A stretch of DNA of 64,000 nt from an uncultured Clostridia bacterium (GTDB taxonomy: Bacteria > Bacillota > Clostridia > TANB77 > CAG-508), in the NCBI GenBank assembly GCA_934120315.1, contig CAKOTX010000001.1, positions 137,984 through 201,983 of the forward strand, in the 5' to 3' direction. A model generated the notes under the pieces. It did not search any database. It was not told the DNA's origin and worked only from the letters and a program-made list of their open reading frames with translations. A program made the position numbers and the translations under genes. Shown here piece after piece: positions 39,328 through 49,670 of the stretch (its first letter is position 1; every line of letters begins with the position of its first letter).

Positions 39328-40421
39328 CTCCTCATAGTAGATTTAATAAGTTTTTTTATTGTTGCAAAAAGTAGAACTAAAAAACTTATTCCTATAACTA
39401 ATATAAAGAAAGCATATTTATACACAATATTTGAGTAATATGTGGAAATAGTATAATTTTTTGGTACTAAACTAATAATTAAAACTGCAATTGCTAAAAT
39501 ACCAATAAATAATAGCTCTTTTTTTGAATTAGTTAGTTTTCTTAAAATATTTCCTGAAAATTTAAGATTAATGCTTAAAAAGCTTATAAATGCAATAATC
39601 CATATAAGAAAATATAACGAATCTAGTTTTCTAAAAAATGAACCAAATTCAATATATTTAGTAACTGTGTATAAAGGCATTAATTCATCAGGAGTAGATA
39701 AGCCACTAAACATGAAAATTATTATTGCAAGACTTGCTAGTAAAAATATACAAGATAACACAATTGCATTAATAGATATCTTTTTTATTTGTTCAGGATT
39801 TTTTAGCATTGGTGGCATAAAATATATATAAGCAAGAGCTTGAAAGGCGAACATATTACATAATCCAGAAACAAATGTAGTATATAATCCGTTTCCAAAA
39901 ATAGGATAGATTTTTTCGACATCATAATAAGGTGTATCAGCAAAAAATAGAAATATTAAACTAATAATTATAAATGGAAAAAATATACTAATACTTCTAT
40001 AAACAGCATTGTGTTTCATACAACAAGAAATAACAGCACCAATAAGTAAAAATAGTATAATATAAAATAGTTTTGTAAGTGGGTAATATATAATTTGTAA
40101 AAATGAAGAAAATAAATGTAGTAAAATCCCACCAAAAAATACGAAATATGCAACATAAGCAGTGCCAATTATCCATTTTAATAGATTTCCACCAAGGTAA
40201 TTTGAAATATCTAATAAATCAAATGTAGGAAATTTATTTAAAAAATGGCAGACAACACAAGTAAATATAATAGATATAATTCCGACATAAAGAATGTTTA
40301 ACAAAGAGGCAGAAGAAGTTAAATTAATTATGGACTTAGTTATATTTAAAATTATATGGGTGAAAGTGATTGTTACTAATAATGCTATAGCTTCTTTGTT
40401 ACCGATTTTTGTATTATCCAT
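39315..40421 (-). CDS. spore germination protein, Ger(x)B family (APC-superfamily permease)
   Basis: 368 aa with about 10 TM segments. Overlaps the start of the Ger(x)C gene, forming a gerB-gerC operon. Confidence 0.7.
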   Translation of the reverse strand: MDNTKIGNKEAIALLVTITFTHIILNITKSIINLTSSASLLNILYVGIISIIFTCVVCHFLNKFPTFDLLDISNYLGGNLLKWIIGTAYVAYFVFFGGILLHLFSSFLQIIYYPLTKLFYIILFLLIGAVISCCMKHNAVYRSISIFFPFIIISLIFLFFADTPYYDVEKIYPIFGNGLYTTFVSGLCNMFAFQALAYIYFMPPMLKNPEQIKKISINAIVLSCIFLLASLAIIIFMFSGLSTPDELMPLYTVTKYIEFGSFFRKLDSLYFLIWIIAFISFLSINLKFSGNILRKLTNSKKELLFIGILAIAVLIISLVPKNYTISTYYSNIVYKYAFFILVIGISFLVLLFATIKKLIKSTMRRWLK

Positions 40422-40448
40422 ATAAGCTCCTTTCTAAGATAAAAAATA

Positions 40449-40479
40449 TTCCTACATATTATTTACAAATATGTAGGAA
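40449..40479 (-). terminator. hairpin terminator downstream of the HD gene
   Basis: TTCCTACATAT-tatttacaa-ATATGTAGGAA. Confidence 0.5.
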
Positions 40480-40492
40480 ATATACAAATTAA

Positions 40493-41026
40493 CTATATAT
40501 TAAATTTGAAAATAGTAAATGCAAAAAATACATATGCATATCTAAGAAATTTCTTTTGACATAAGTGAGAACTGCAATATTCATGAAAAGATTTTAAAGC
40601 ACTCATTTTATCAGTAATTGTAATAACAAAACTTTCTTTATATTTAGGAAATTGAAAGAATGTTACAGGCCACATATGTTTTAAAATTATATCTTGTTCT
40701 TTTTCAGTTAAATCACAAATTTTTTTGGCATTTTTTAAAGCAATTTTTGGATGTTCAAATGCATGCCAACCATTTAAATCTTTATAAGAATGTCTCCAAT
40801 CATATAAAAATAAATCATGCAAAATTCCTGCTCTAGCAGCTGCTTTATAATCTAAGTTAAATTTCTTGCAAAATAGGTAAGACCAATATGCAACTTCTAT
40901 ACAGTGATCATAACATGAAGTATCATAATGTTGCCTATAATTCTTCATTTGCAACACTGTTGGATTATTTATTAAATCTTTAACAATTATATAGAATTCT
41001 CTAAGTTCTTTTGTATCCATACTCAT
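40493..41026 (-). CDS. small HD-domain protein (paralog of the gene at 61717-62181)
   Basis: HCIEVAYW...GILHDLFLYD and ILKHMWPVTF...FPKYKESFVITITDKMSALKSF, shared with the second copy. Confidence 0.65.
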   Translation of the reverse strand: MSMDTKELREFYIIVKDLINNPTVLQMKNYRQHYDTSCYDHCIEVAYWSYLFCKKFNLDYKAAARAGILHDLFLYDWRHSYKDLNGWHAFEHPKIALKNAKKICDLTEKEQDIILKHMWPVTFFQFPKYKESFVITITDKMSALKSFHEYCSSHLCQKKFLRYAYVFFAFTIFKFNI

Positions 41027-41128
41027 ACCTCTCTTATCTTATTATACCATATTATATAATGGAATGGAATATGTATGTTGACTTTTTTTATACCACAATA
41101 TATAATTTATTGTAGTTATGGAGGAAAT

Positions 41129-44100
41129 ATGAGTTTAAGAATAATATATGGTAGAGCTGGGACAGGAAAAAGTGAATATTGTTACAGAGAAATTGCAGAA
41201 AAAATAAAATCTGATAATCAAATATTGATAATAACACCAGAACAATTTTCATTTACAGCAGAGAAAAAATTAATGGAAGCAATTGATACAAATGCAGTAT
41301 TTAATGCAGAAGTAGTGACTTTAAGTAGAATGGCATATAGAGTAATAAATGAAATAGGTGGAAGAACTGAGACAAATTTAAGTAAATGCGGAAAAGCAAT
41401 GTTAATTTATTCTATTTTAAATAACAATAAAAAAGAATTAAAATTGATAGGAAAAAATGATGAAAATGTTGATATGCTTGATACTGCTATTACAGAGTTT
41501 AAGAAACATGGAATATCAATTGAGCAATTAAAACAAGAAATAGATAAGCAAGAAGATATATATTTAAAAAATAAATTAACAGATTTAAGTTTAGTGTATG
41601 AAGGATTTGAAAATCAGTTATCTGGAAAATATATAGATGAAACAGATTTGTTAACAATATTGGCGGAAAATATTGAAAATACAGATATGTTTAATAATCA
41701 ATATATTTATATAGATGAATTTGCAGGATTCACAAAACAAGAATATCAAATAATAGAAAAACTAATTTTAGTAGCAAATCAAGTAACAGTAACTATTTGC
41801 ACAGATGAATTACATATACCTAAAAATCCAAATACAGATATATTTTATTCAAATGAAAATACAGTAAATAAATTATTCGAAATAGCTCAAAATTGTGGTA
41901 CAAAAGTTGAAAAAATTAAATTAGAAAATAAGTATAGATTTAAAAGTAATGAATTAAAACATCTAGAAGAAAATCTATATGAAAATAGACCACATAAATA
42001 TACAAATAATGTAGAAAATATAAAACTATTTTTAGCTAAAAATCAATATTCAGAAATAGAAGAAGTAGCTAAAAATATATTAAAATTAGTAAGAGATAAT
42101 GGATATAGATATAAAGATATATCAATAATAACTAAAAATATAGCTAATTATTCAAGCTTAGCTAGAGCAATTTTTGATAAATATGATATACCAATATTTA
42201 TTGATGAAAACAGAGATTTAAATCAAAATATAATAATTCAATACATACTTTCTGTTTTAGAAATATTTACGGAGAATTGGTCTTATGAATCAGTATTTAA
42301 TTATATAAAAACAGGATTTTCAAATATAGAAGAAGACGAAATATTTAAATTAGAAAAATATTGTTTAAAATGGGGAATTAAGCAAAATAAGTGGAAAAAA
42401 GAATTCACATATGGAAAGTATGAAGAAAAAGATAAAACAGAAATTGAAAGATTAGAAAGAATTAGAAAAGACATTGTCAATCCGCTTATTAAATTGAAGT
42501 CAGATATTGATAATGATAAAACAGCAGAAGGAATATCAAAATCAATTTATAAGTTTTTGGTAGAAAAAAATATTGCAGAAAAAATAAATAAGAAAATAGA
42601 GGAATTAGAAAAAATCGGACAAGTTGATTTAATAAAAGAATATCAGAGTAGTTTACAAACCATTTTGGATATTTTAGATGAAATTGTTTTAGTATTCAGT
42701 GATGATAAGATGACAATTGACAAATATGCTCAGATATTAAAAGTAGGATTTAAGAATAGTAATTTAACCAAGATACCAGGAACCCAAGACCAAGTAATAA
42801 TGGGAGATGTAGATAGGTCAAGAAGTCATAAAGTAAAAGCAATATTTATTATAGGATTAAATGATGGAGAATTCCCAAGTGTGCATAAAGACGAAGGATT
42901 TTTGAATGATTTAGATAGAGAAACTTTAAAACAGGATGGAATTGAGTTAGCTAAGGGAACTATTGAAAATTTATATGAAGATAATTTTAATATTTATAAA
43001 GCATTTTCAACAGCAGAAGAAAAACTATATTTATTATATTCATCATCAGATGTTCAAGGAAAAGCATTAAGACCATCAATGTTAATAAATAAAATCAAAA
43101 AAATATATCCAATGTTACAAGAAGAAAGTGATGTAATAGAAACTAAGGCTGAAGTATTAAATAAGAAAACAACATATGATGAATTAATAATTCAATTAAG
43201 CAAGCTGAAAGAACAAGATGAAATTGATAAAGTTTGGTATTATGTATATGATTATTACAAAAAAGATACTGAATGGAATACAAAATTAGAACAAAATTTA
43301 AAGGGCTTAAATTATACTAATATTCCAGAAAAAATTGAGCAAACTAATATTGATAAATTATATGGAAGCACATTAGTTACAAGTATTTCAAAATTAGAAA
43401 GATATAGAAGTTGTCCATTTTCTTATTATTTACAATATGGCTTAAAAATTAAGCCAGAAGAAGAACTAAAAATTCAGACATTAAATACAGGAACTTTTAT
43501 ACATGAGGTTATAGATGAGTTTTTTGGAACAGTGAGAGAAGCGGGAATAGAATTAGCAGAAATAACTGATGAACAATTAGCAGAAATAATAAATAAAATT
43601 ATAGATGATAAATTGAAACAAAGCCAAAATTATATATTTACCTCAACAGCAAAATATAGAGCATTAGTAGTGAGATTGAAAAAGATAATTCAAAAAGCTT
43701 TAAAATACATTATAGGCACACTTGTACAAAGTAGATTTGAAGTGTTAGGAACAGAAGTAGAATTTGGAGAAAAGGGAAAATATAAGCCAATCAGATTAAC
43801 TTTAGAAGATGGAAAAAGAATAGAAATAATAGGAAAAATAGATAGAATTGATACAGCACAAAGTGAAGATGGACGATATTTAAGAATTATAGATTATAAA
43901 TCATCAGCAAAAAATATAGACTTAAATGAAGTATATGCAGGATTACAAATTCAGTTATTAACTTACTTAGATGCAGCTTGCAAAGAAGAAGATTTAATGC
44001 CAGCAGGGGTGTTATATTTTAGTATGTTAGAGCAAATGATAAAAGCTGATAAAAGAATGGAACAAGAAGAAATTGAAGAAAAAATTCGTGCAAATTTCAA

Positions 44101-44485
44101 AATGAAAGGTCTAATACTAGCAGATGTTAATGTGGTAAAATTACATGATAAGAAATTAGAAAAAGGTAGTTCAGCACTTGTTCCAGCATATATAGACAAA
44201 GAAGGAAATTTGAGTGATAAAAAGACAAGTGGAGTAACTGCTGAACAATTTGAAGAATTACAAAAATATATGTATATTGTAATAAAGCAAATATCTAAAG
44301 AAATACTTGGAGGAAACATAGATTTAAAACCATATTATAAAGATAAGAAAACACCATGTAAATATTGTGATTACAAAAGTGTTTGTGGATTCAATATGGG
44401 TGGTTGTGAAAATAACTATAATTATATTGATAAAAAGAGCAAAGAAGAAATTTTGGCAAAAATAAAAAAATGCGAGGGAAAATAG
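41129..44485 (+). CDS. addB: ATP-dependent helicase/nuclease subunit B (AddB/RexB)
   Basis: N-terminal Walker A GRAGTGKS. C-terminal RecB-type nuclease with Fe-S cysteines CKYCDYKSVCGF. RBS GGAGGAAA. Confidence 0.85.
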   Translation: MSLRIIYGRAGTGKSEYCYREIAEKIKSDNQILIITPEQFSFTAEKKLMEAIDTNAVFNAEVVTLSRMAYRVINEIGGRTETNLSKCGKAMLIYSILNNNKKELKLIGKNDENVDMLDTAITEFKKHGISIEQLKQEIDKQEDIYLKNKLTDLSLVYEGFENQLSGKYIDETDLLTILAENIENTDMFNNQYIYIDEFAGFTKQEYQIIEKLILVANQVTVTICTDELHIPKNPNTDIFYSNENTVNKLFEIAQNCGTKVEKIKLENKYRFKSNELKHLEENLYENRPHKYTNNVENIKLFLAKNQYSEIEEVAKNILKLVRDNGYRYKDISIITKNIANYSSLARAIFDKYDIPIFIDENRDLNQNIIIQYILSVLEIFTENWSYESVFNYIKTGFSNIEEDEIFKLEKYCLKWGIKQNKWKKEFTYGKYEEKDKTEIERLERIRKDIVNPLIKLKSDIDNDKTAEGISKSIYKFLVEKNIAEKINKKIEELEKIGQVDLIKEYQSSLQTILDILDEIVLVFSDDKMTIDKYAQILKVGFKNSNLTKIPGTQDQVIMGDVDRSRSHKVKAIFIIGLNDGEFPSVHKDEGFLNDLDRETLKQDGIELAKGTIENLYEDNFNIYKAFSTAEEKLYLLYSSSDVQGKALRPSMLINKIKKIYPMLQEESDVIETKAEVLNKKTTYDELIIQLSKLKEQDEIDKVWYYVYDYYKKDTEWNTKLEQNLKGLNYTNIPEKIEQTNIDKLYGSTLVTSISKLERYRSCPFSYYLQYGLKIKPEEELKIQTLNTGTFIHEVIDEFFGTVREAGIELAEITDEQLAEIINKIIDDKLKQSQNYIFTSTAKYRALVVRLKKIIQKALKYIIGTLVQSRFEVLGTEVEFGEKGKYKPIRLTLEDGKRIEIIGKIDRIDTAQSEDGRYLRIIDYKSSAKNIDLNEVYAGLQIQLLTYLDAACKEEDLMPAGVLYFSMLEQMIKADKRMEQEEIEEKIRANFKMKGLILADVNVVKLHDKKLEKGSSALVPAYIDKEGNLSDKKTSGVTAEQFEELQKYMYIVIKQISKEILGGNIDLKPYYKDKKTPCKYCDYKSVCGFNMGGCENNYNYIDKKSKEEILAKIKKCEGK

Positions 44486-44488
44486 AAT

Positions 44489-45322
44489 ATGAGAGATTTA
44501 TCAAATGAGAATATTGTACATGTTAAAAAAGATGGGATAGAATATTTACAATTTAGAAAATTGTTAGAATATGATGATATAATAAAACATGCATATGGAA
44601 TAGGGTTAGACAGAAATTATAGAACATCTAGAGATAAAGTAGATGACGAAAAATACAAGAAAGCACTTAATGACTATGATGAATTATGTTCTGCAATAGG
44701 AGTAGATTATAAAAACTGTGTAAAGCCAACTCAAAAACATACTAAAACAGTTAAAAATGTGGTTCACAAAATTAATATAGAAGAACCAGATTTGGGAGTG
44801 GAAGAGTATAAAGATACAGATGGTTTAATAACAGATAAAAAGAATATTGTTTTAGGAACAACTAATGCAGATTGTATATTACTATTATTTTTTGATCCGA
44901 TAAAAAGAGTAATTGCTAATGTGCATTCAGGGTGGAGAGGCACATTGCAAAGAATATCAATAGAAGCGGTTAATAAAATGCAAGCAGATTATGGATGTAA
45001 GGTGGAAGATATTATTTGCTGTATATGTCCAAGTATTAGAAAATGCCATTTTTTAGTGCATCAAGATGTACAAGAACCATTTTATAATGAATTTAAAGAT
45101 TTAAAAGAAATAGATGAAATAATAGTTCCAGTGCCAGGAGAAGACAGATGGTCTATTGATACAGTTAAAATAAATGAAGTAATTCTAAGACAAGCTGGAT
45201 TAAAACAAGAAAATATAATAGATTGCGGAATTTGTAGTGTATGTAATTCAGATTTGATTCATTCATTTAGAGTGGAAAAAGAAGGCTATGGTCTTGGTAC
45301 AGCAATTATAGAATTGTGCTAA
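44489..45322 (+). CDS. pgeF: YfiH/PgeF-family (DUF152, LACC1-like) peptidoglycan editing factor / purine nucleoside phosphorylase
   Basis: NADCILLLFFDP...ANVHSGWRGT...CICPSIRKCHF. Confidence 0.8.
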   Translation: MRDLSNENIVHVKKDGIEYLQFRKLLEYDDIIKHAYGIGLDRNYRTSRDKVDDEKYKKALNDYDELCSAIGVDYKNCVKPTQKHTKTVKNVVHKINIEEPDLGVEEYKDTDGLITDKKNIVLGTTNADCILLLFFDPIKRVIANVHSGWRGTLQRISIEAVNKMQADYGCKVEDIICCICPSIRKCHFLVHQDVQEPFYNEFKDLKEIDEIIVPVPGEDRWSIDTVKINEVILRQAGLKQENIIDCGICSVCNSDLIHSFRVEKEGYGLGTAIIELC

Positions 45323-45341
45323 AATATATGAGAGGTGAAAT

Positions 45342-46262
45342 ATGATAATACCAGAAAAATTAAATAAAGGAGATGTTATTGGAGTTGTTGCACCATCAAG
45401 TCCAATAATAGGAGATAATATAGAAGAAATAGAAAGAGCAAAAAGCATTATAGAAAATTTAGGATTCAAAGTTAAATTTTCAAAGAATTTGTTTTCTAAT
45501 ACAAATGGTTATAGCAGTACAGCTAAAGAAAAAGCTGAAGACATAAATGAGATGTTTTCAGACAAAGAAGTTAAAATGATATGGTGTGCAAAAGGTGGAA
45601 ACAATAGCAATTCTACATTTGAATATTTAGATTTTGAAAATATAAAAAGAAATCCTAAAATAATTTGTGGATATAGTGATATTACATCATTAACTAATAT
45701 TATTACTGATAAAACAGGGTTAGTTACATTTAGTTCAACAAATTTTAAGACTATTGCAACAGATGAAACTGATTATAGCCTGAAAGAAGTTTTAAAAAGA
45801 TTTGTAGAAAAAAGTTTAGAATTAGGAACAAAAAATGAATGTTATGATGCAATAAGAAGTGGAATAGCTGAAGGAGAATTAATAGGCGGAAACTTAAATT
45901 TGACAAGTGGTTTAGTAGCCGGAAAATATTCTATTGATTTTACAGATAAAATTTTATTTTTGGAAGAATTAGGATTTGAAACTGAACCAGCAGGAGCAAG
46001 TAATTTTTTATATTATATGAAGCAAAATGGAGTATTTGAAAAAGTAAAAGGAATCTGGCTTGGAAATTATACACATGAAAGTGGAATAAAATTAGAAAAA
46101 ATATTACTTGATACAATTGGTGATGAATTTAAAGGTCCTATTATTCATTCAGAAAATTTTGGACATATAGAAAATAAAACAGTAATTCCAATTGGAACAA
46201 GAGCAAGAATTGATACAAATCAAGAGGTAAAAATAAAACTATTAGAAAAATGTATAAAATAG
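45342..46262 (+). CDS. S66-family LD-carboxypeptidase (LdcA/MccF-like)
   Basis: N-terminal GDVIGVVAPSSP. 306 aa. Confidence 0.8.
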   Translation: MIIPEKLNKGDVIGVVAPSSPIIGDNIEEIERAKSIIENLGFKVKFSKNLFSNTNGYSSTAKEKAEDINEMFSDKEVKMIWCAKGGNNSNSTFEYLDFENIKRNPKIICGYSDITSLTNIITDKTGLVTFSSTNFKTIATDETDYSLKEVLKRFVEKSLELGTKNECYDAIRSGIAEGELIGGNLNLTSGLVAGKYSIDFTDKILFLEELGFETEPAGASNFLYYMKQNGVFEKVKGIWLGNYTHESGIKLEKILLDTIGDEFKGPIIHSENFGHIENKTVIPIGTRARIDTNQEVKIKLLEKCIK

Positions 46263-46282
46263 TACAAAAGAAGGGGAAGTAA

Positions 46283-47650
46283 ATGAGTATAAGAGAAAAA
46301 ATATATGAATTAAAGAATTTTAATAAAATATTGCATACAACATTCAATCCATATGAACCAGGAGTTGCAAGAATATATTTGATACCACCTAAGTTTTCAA
46401 TGTTTAAATCAGTTTCAAGTGTAGTACTGGTTAATGGACATGATATTATTCCACTTAGAGAATCATGGGCAATTTTATTATCAATTTTTATAGAAGAAGT
46501 AAATAAATATTCTGGAAAAGAAATAACAAAAGAAGAACTAGAGAAAATTGTAGAAAAAACAGTTAAAAGAACAAAAAGAATATATGGAATTTTTTTAAAA
46601 GATGATGTTATAAAAAAAGATTTATGGGACATAGTTAATACATTAAAAAGTATTGCAATAGGTGAAGATGTAAGCAATAAAATACAAAAAGTAAGTATTA
46701 GTCAATATGCAAAACATATGAGTGCACCACATAGAATGGATTTGATGATAAGCAGCATGGAGAAAGATGGAAATTGGAACTGCAATCAAAAATGTGTACA
46801 TTGTTATGCAGCTGGACAGAAACAAGGAAATCAAAAAGAGTTAACAACAGCAGAATGGAAGAAAATAATAGATAAGTGTAGAGCTGTATGTATACCTCAA
46901 ATTACATTTACTGGTGGTGAACCAACAATGAGAAAAGATTTGGTGGAACTAGTAAATTATTCAAAATGGTTTGTAACAAGATTGAATACAAATGGGGTAT
47001 TATTAACCAAAGAGCTTTGTAATAAGTTGTATAAAGCTAGTTTGGATAGTGTTCAAATAACTTTATATTCAAGTAACAAAGAAATACATAATAAATTAGT
47101 TGGAGCAGAAAATTTTGAAAGAACTGTTCAAGGAATAAAAAATGCATTAGAAGCAGGATTGAATGTTAGTGTAAATACGCCTTTATGCACATCAAATCAA
47201 GAGTATAAAGAGACATTAAAATTCTTGAATGAACTTGGTGTAAAATATGTATCTTGTTCAGGTTTAATTGTTACTGGAAATGCTAAAAAAGAGGATTCAA
47301 AACAATTACAATTATCAAAAGATAAATTATATGAAATTTTAAAAGAAGCGGTAAGTTATTGTAATGACACCTTAATGGAGATTAGTTTTACATCACCAGG
47401 TTGGATTGAAAATGAAAAAATAGCAAAACTTGGATTAGATATTCCATCATGCGGAGCATGCATGAGCAATATGGCGATAACTCCAAATGGAAATGTAGTT
47501 CCATGTCAAAGCTGGTTATCAAATGATGGAGTATTAGGAAATATGTTAAAAGATAAATGGAAAGATATATGGCAATCAAAAAAGTGCAAAAATATTAGAA
47601 GTATAAATACAAAAGTTACAGGAAAATGTTTGTTAAAAGGGGAAAAGTAA
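46283..47650 (+). CDS. radical SAM enzyme with a long N-terminal extension and a C-terminal SPASM/twitch Cys cluster (peptide/protein-modifying type)
   Basis: CNQKCVHCYA (C-x3-C-x2-C) at about residue 167. C-terminal cluster SCGACMSNMAITPNGNVVPCQSW...KCKNIRSINTKVTGKC. About 150 aa of N-terminal non-rSAM domain. Confidence 0.7.
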   Translation: MSIREKIYELKNFNKILHTTFNPYEPGVARIYLIPPKFSMFKSVSSVVLVNGHDIIPLRESWAILLSIFIEEVNKYSGKEITKEELEKIVEKTVKRTKRIYGIFLKDDVIKKDLWDIVNTLKSIAIGEDVSNKIQKVSISQYAKHMSAPHRMDLMISSMEKDGNWNCNQKCVHCYAAGQKQGNQKELTTAEWKKIIDKCRAVCIPQITFTGGEPTMRKDLVELVNYSKWFVTRLNTNGVLLTKELCNKLYKASLDSVQITLYSSNKEIHNKLVGAENFERTVQGIKNALEAGLNVSVNTPLCTSNQEYKETLKFLNELGVKYVSCSGLIVTGNAKKEDSKQLQLSKDKLYEILKEAVSYCNDTLMEISFTSPGWIENEKIAKLGLDIPSCGACMSNMAITPNGNVVPCQSWLSNDGVLGNMLKDKWKDIWQSKKCKNIRSINTKVTGKCLLKGEK

Positions 47651-47651
47651 A

Positions 47652-48653
47652 ATGAATAAAAAAATTAAAATTGTATTATTAGTGCTATTTTTTCTTGCGT
47701 TATTAATGTTACCTCATAAAAGTTTTGCGAAAGATTTAGACGAAATTTTAAATTATACAACAACAGTAGATCCAAGAGATGATGGCACATTAGATATTAA
47801 ATATCATATTGAATGGAAAGTTTTAGATTCAACAGCAGAGGGCCCATTAAAATGGGTTACAATAGGAATACCAAATCAACATGTTGATGAAATTAAAAAG
47901 TTAACAAATAATATTAGTAATATAAAATATATGGTTGATAATGGAAATTATGTAAGAATAGATTTTGCGAAGAGCTATAATGCGGGAGAAGTCGCAGAAT
48001 TTGAATTTAGTTTGCATCAAAGCTATATGTATTCACTTGATAATTCTAAAGGAAAAATTACATATGAGTTTACACCAGGTTGGTTTTCTGATATAAAAGT
48101 AGACCAAGCTGTAATACAGTGGAAGGCGGATAATATAAAGAAACATAATGGAAAAACAAATGGCTCTTATATTGTTTGGAAAAAGAAATTAGGAAAAGGT
48201 AAGAAAATTACAGCTAAAGTAGAATATTCAGTTTCTAATTTTCAACTAGATTATGTAACTGAAAAAGATAATAAAACTACAATTGGTTCAACCAAAACAA
48301 GTTATAGCAATCAAAAGAATAATGGTAGCAGTTCTTTTTCTGCAATGTTCATAGGAGTAATGTTAATAATTGTAATAGCATTAATTATTATTTTGCAAGT
48401 TGTTTCTCCAACACCATATTATATGCATAGTGGGTATGGATATTATGGAAGACCTTTTGGATTTTATCATCATGACATTTTTGGTGGACCACCACCAAGA
48501 GGAGGCCCATATGATGGAATGTTTGGAGGAGATTCTTTTGGAGGAGGAAGCGATAATAGTGGAAGCTCTTGTGCATGTGCGTGTGCTTGTGCTGGTGGTG
48601 GAAGAGCTGGTTGTGCCAAAAAGGATTTCTATGGAACAAATTTGAAAGTGTAG
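47652..48653 (+). CDS. secreted/membrane protein with DUF2207-like topology and a C-terminal Gly-rich tail containing a CACACACA run
   Basis: Signal peptide KIVLLVLFFLALLMLPHKSFA. TM segment MFIGVMLIIVIALIIIL. Tail GGPPPRGGPYDGMFGGDSFGGGSDNSGSSCACACACAGGGRAGCAKK. Its start abuts the rSAM stop. Confidence 0.6.
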   Translation: MNKKIKIVLLVLFFLALLMLPHKSFAKDLDEILNYTTTVDPRDDGTLDIKYHIEWKVLDSTAEGPLKWVTIGIPNQHVDEIKKLTNNISNIKYMVDNGNYVRIDFAKSYNAGEVAEFEFSLHQSYMYSLDNSKGKITYEFTPGWFSDIKVDQAVIQWKADNIKKHNGKTNGSYIVWKKKLGKGKKITAKVEYSVSNFQLDYVTEKDNKTTIGSTKTSYSNQKNNGSSSFSAMFIGVMLIIVIALIIILQVVSPTPYYMHSGYGYYGRPFGFYHHDIFGGPPPRGGPYDGMFGGDSFGGGSDNSGSSCACACACAGGGRAGCAKKDFYGTNLKV

Positions 48654-48671
48654 AAAATTTGTTGAAAACAC

Positions 48672-48819
48672 TTGACATATCATAAAAATATGATATAATA
48701 TTTAGCGTAAAAAACACATAAAGAGGAGTTTAAATGGAAGTGCCTTGAAACCAAAGGAATTGAGGTCCAGATAGATTAAGATACTTTATGGAAGTTATAA
48801 CAAAAGGGAGGAAAAGAAA
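48672..48819 (+). promoter_or_regulatory. rpsB promoter (TTGACA-17-TATAAT) plus about 110-nt leader containing a 4-codon uORF (MEVP) with a strong RBS
   Basis: ttgacatatcataaaaatatgatataat, then AAGAGGAG-tttaa-ATGGAAGTGCCTTGA. Confidence 0.4.
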
Positions 48820-49596
48820 ATGGCAGTAGTTGCAATGAAACAATTACTAGAAGCTGGTGTTCACTTTGGACATCAAACAAGAAGATGGGATCCAAGAATG
48901 GCTGAATACATATTCCAAGCTAGAAATGGTATTCACATCATCGATTTACAAAAAGCTTCAAAGAAAATTGATGAAGCATATGAATTCATCAAAGAACAAG
49001 TAGAAGAAGGAAAAACAGTTCTATTTGTAGGAACAAAAAAACAAGCTCAAGAATGCATGAAAGAAGCAGCAATCAAGAGTGGAATGTTCTATGTAGATCA
49101 AAGATGGTTAGGAGGAATGCTAACAAACTTTGATACAATTCAAAAAAGAATTCAAAGATTAAAAGATCTTGAAACAATGGAACAAGATGGTACATTTGAT
49201 GTATTACCTAAAAAAGAAGTAATAATACTAAAAAAAGAAATGGAAAAACTAGAAAAGAACCTTGGTGGAATCAAAGAAATGGACAAATTACCAGGAGTTA
49301 TATTCTTAGTAGATCCTAAAAAAGAAAGAATAGCTATATTAGAAGCTAAAAAATTAGGAATTCCAACAGTAGGAATTGTAGATACAAACTGCAATCCAGA
49401 AGATTTAGATTACCCAATTCCAGGAAATGACGACGCTATAAGAGCTGTTAAATTAATAGCAGACGTTATGGCAAACGCAGTTATTGAAGGAAAACAAGGT
49501 GAAAGCTTTGAAACAGCAGAAGAACAAGATGTAACAGAAGAAGCAGAAACAATGGAACAAGTTGTTGCTGAAGCTGAAGAAAAAGTTGAAGAATAA
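48820..49596 (+). CDS. rpsB: 30S ribosomal protein S2
   Basis: [20 protein letters not shown]. Confidence 0.95.
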   Translation: MAVVAMKQLLEAGVHFGHQTRRWDPRMAEYIFQARNGIHIIDLQKASKKIDEAYEFIKEQVEEGKTVLFVGTKKQAQECMKEAAIKSGMFYVDQRWLGGMLTNFDTIQKRIQRLKDLETMEQDGTFDVLPKKEVIILKKEMEKLEKNLGGIKEMDKLPGVIFLVDPKKERIAILEAKKLGIPTVGIVDTNCNPEDLDYPIPGNDDAIRAVKLIADVMANAVIEGKQGESFETAEEQDVTEEAETMEQVVAEAEEKVEE

Positions 49597-49670
49597 TATA
49601 AATGTTAAAATAAAAGAGTGGGGCTCTAACTGCTCTACTCTTTTTTAAAATAAAGAGGAGGAATGTAAAA

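Noticed and set aside
48520-48640. DNA-level microsatellite (TGTGC repeats) as a repeat element or phase-variation tract
   Set aside because: The repeat is short (tgtgcatgtgcgtgtgcttgtgct) and maintains the reading frame encoding CACACACA. No homopolymer or long SSR typical of slipped-strand switches. It is treated as a coding feature of the tail protein.
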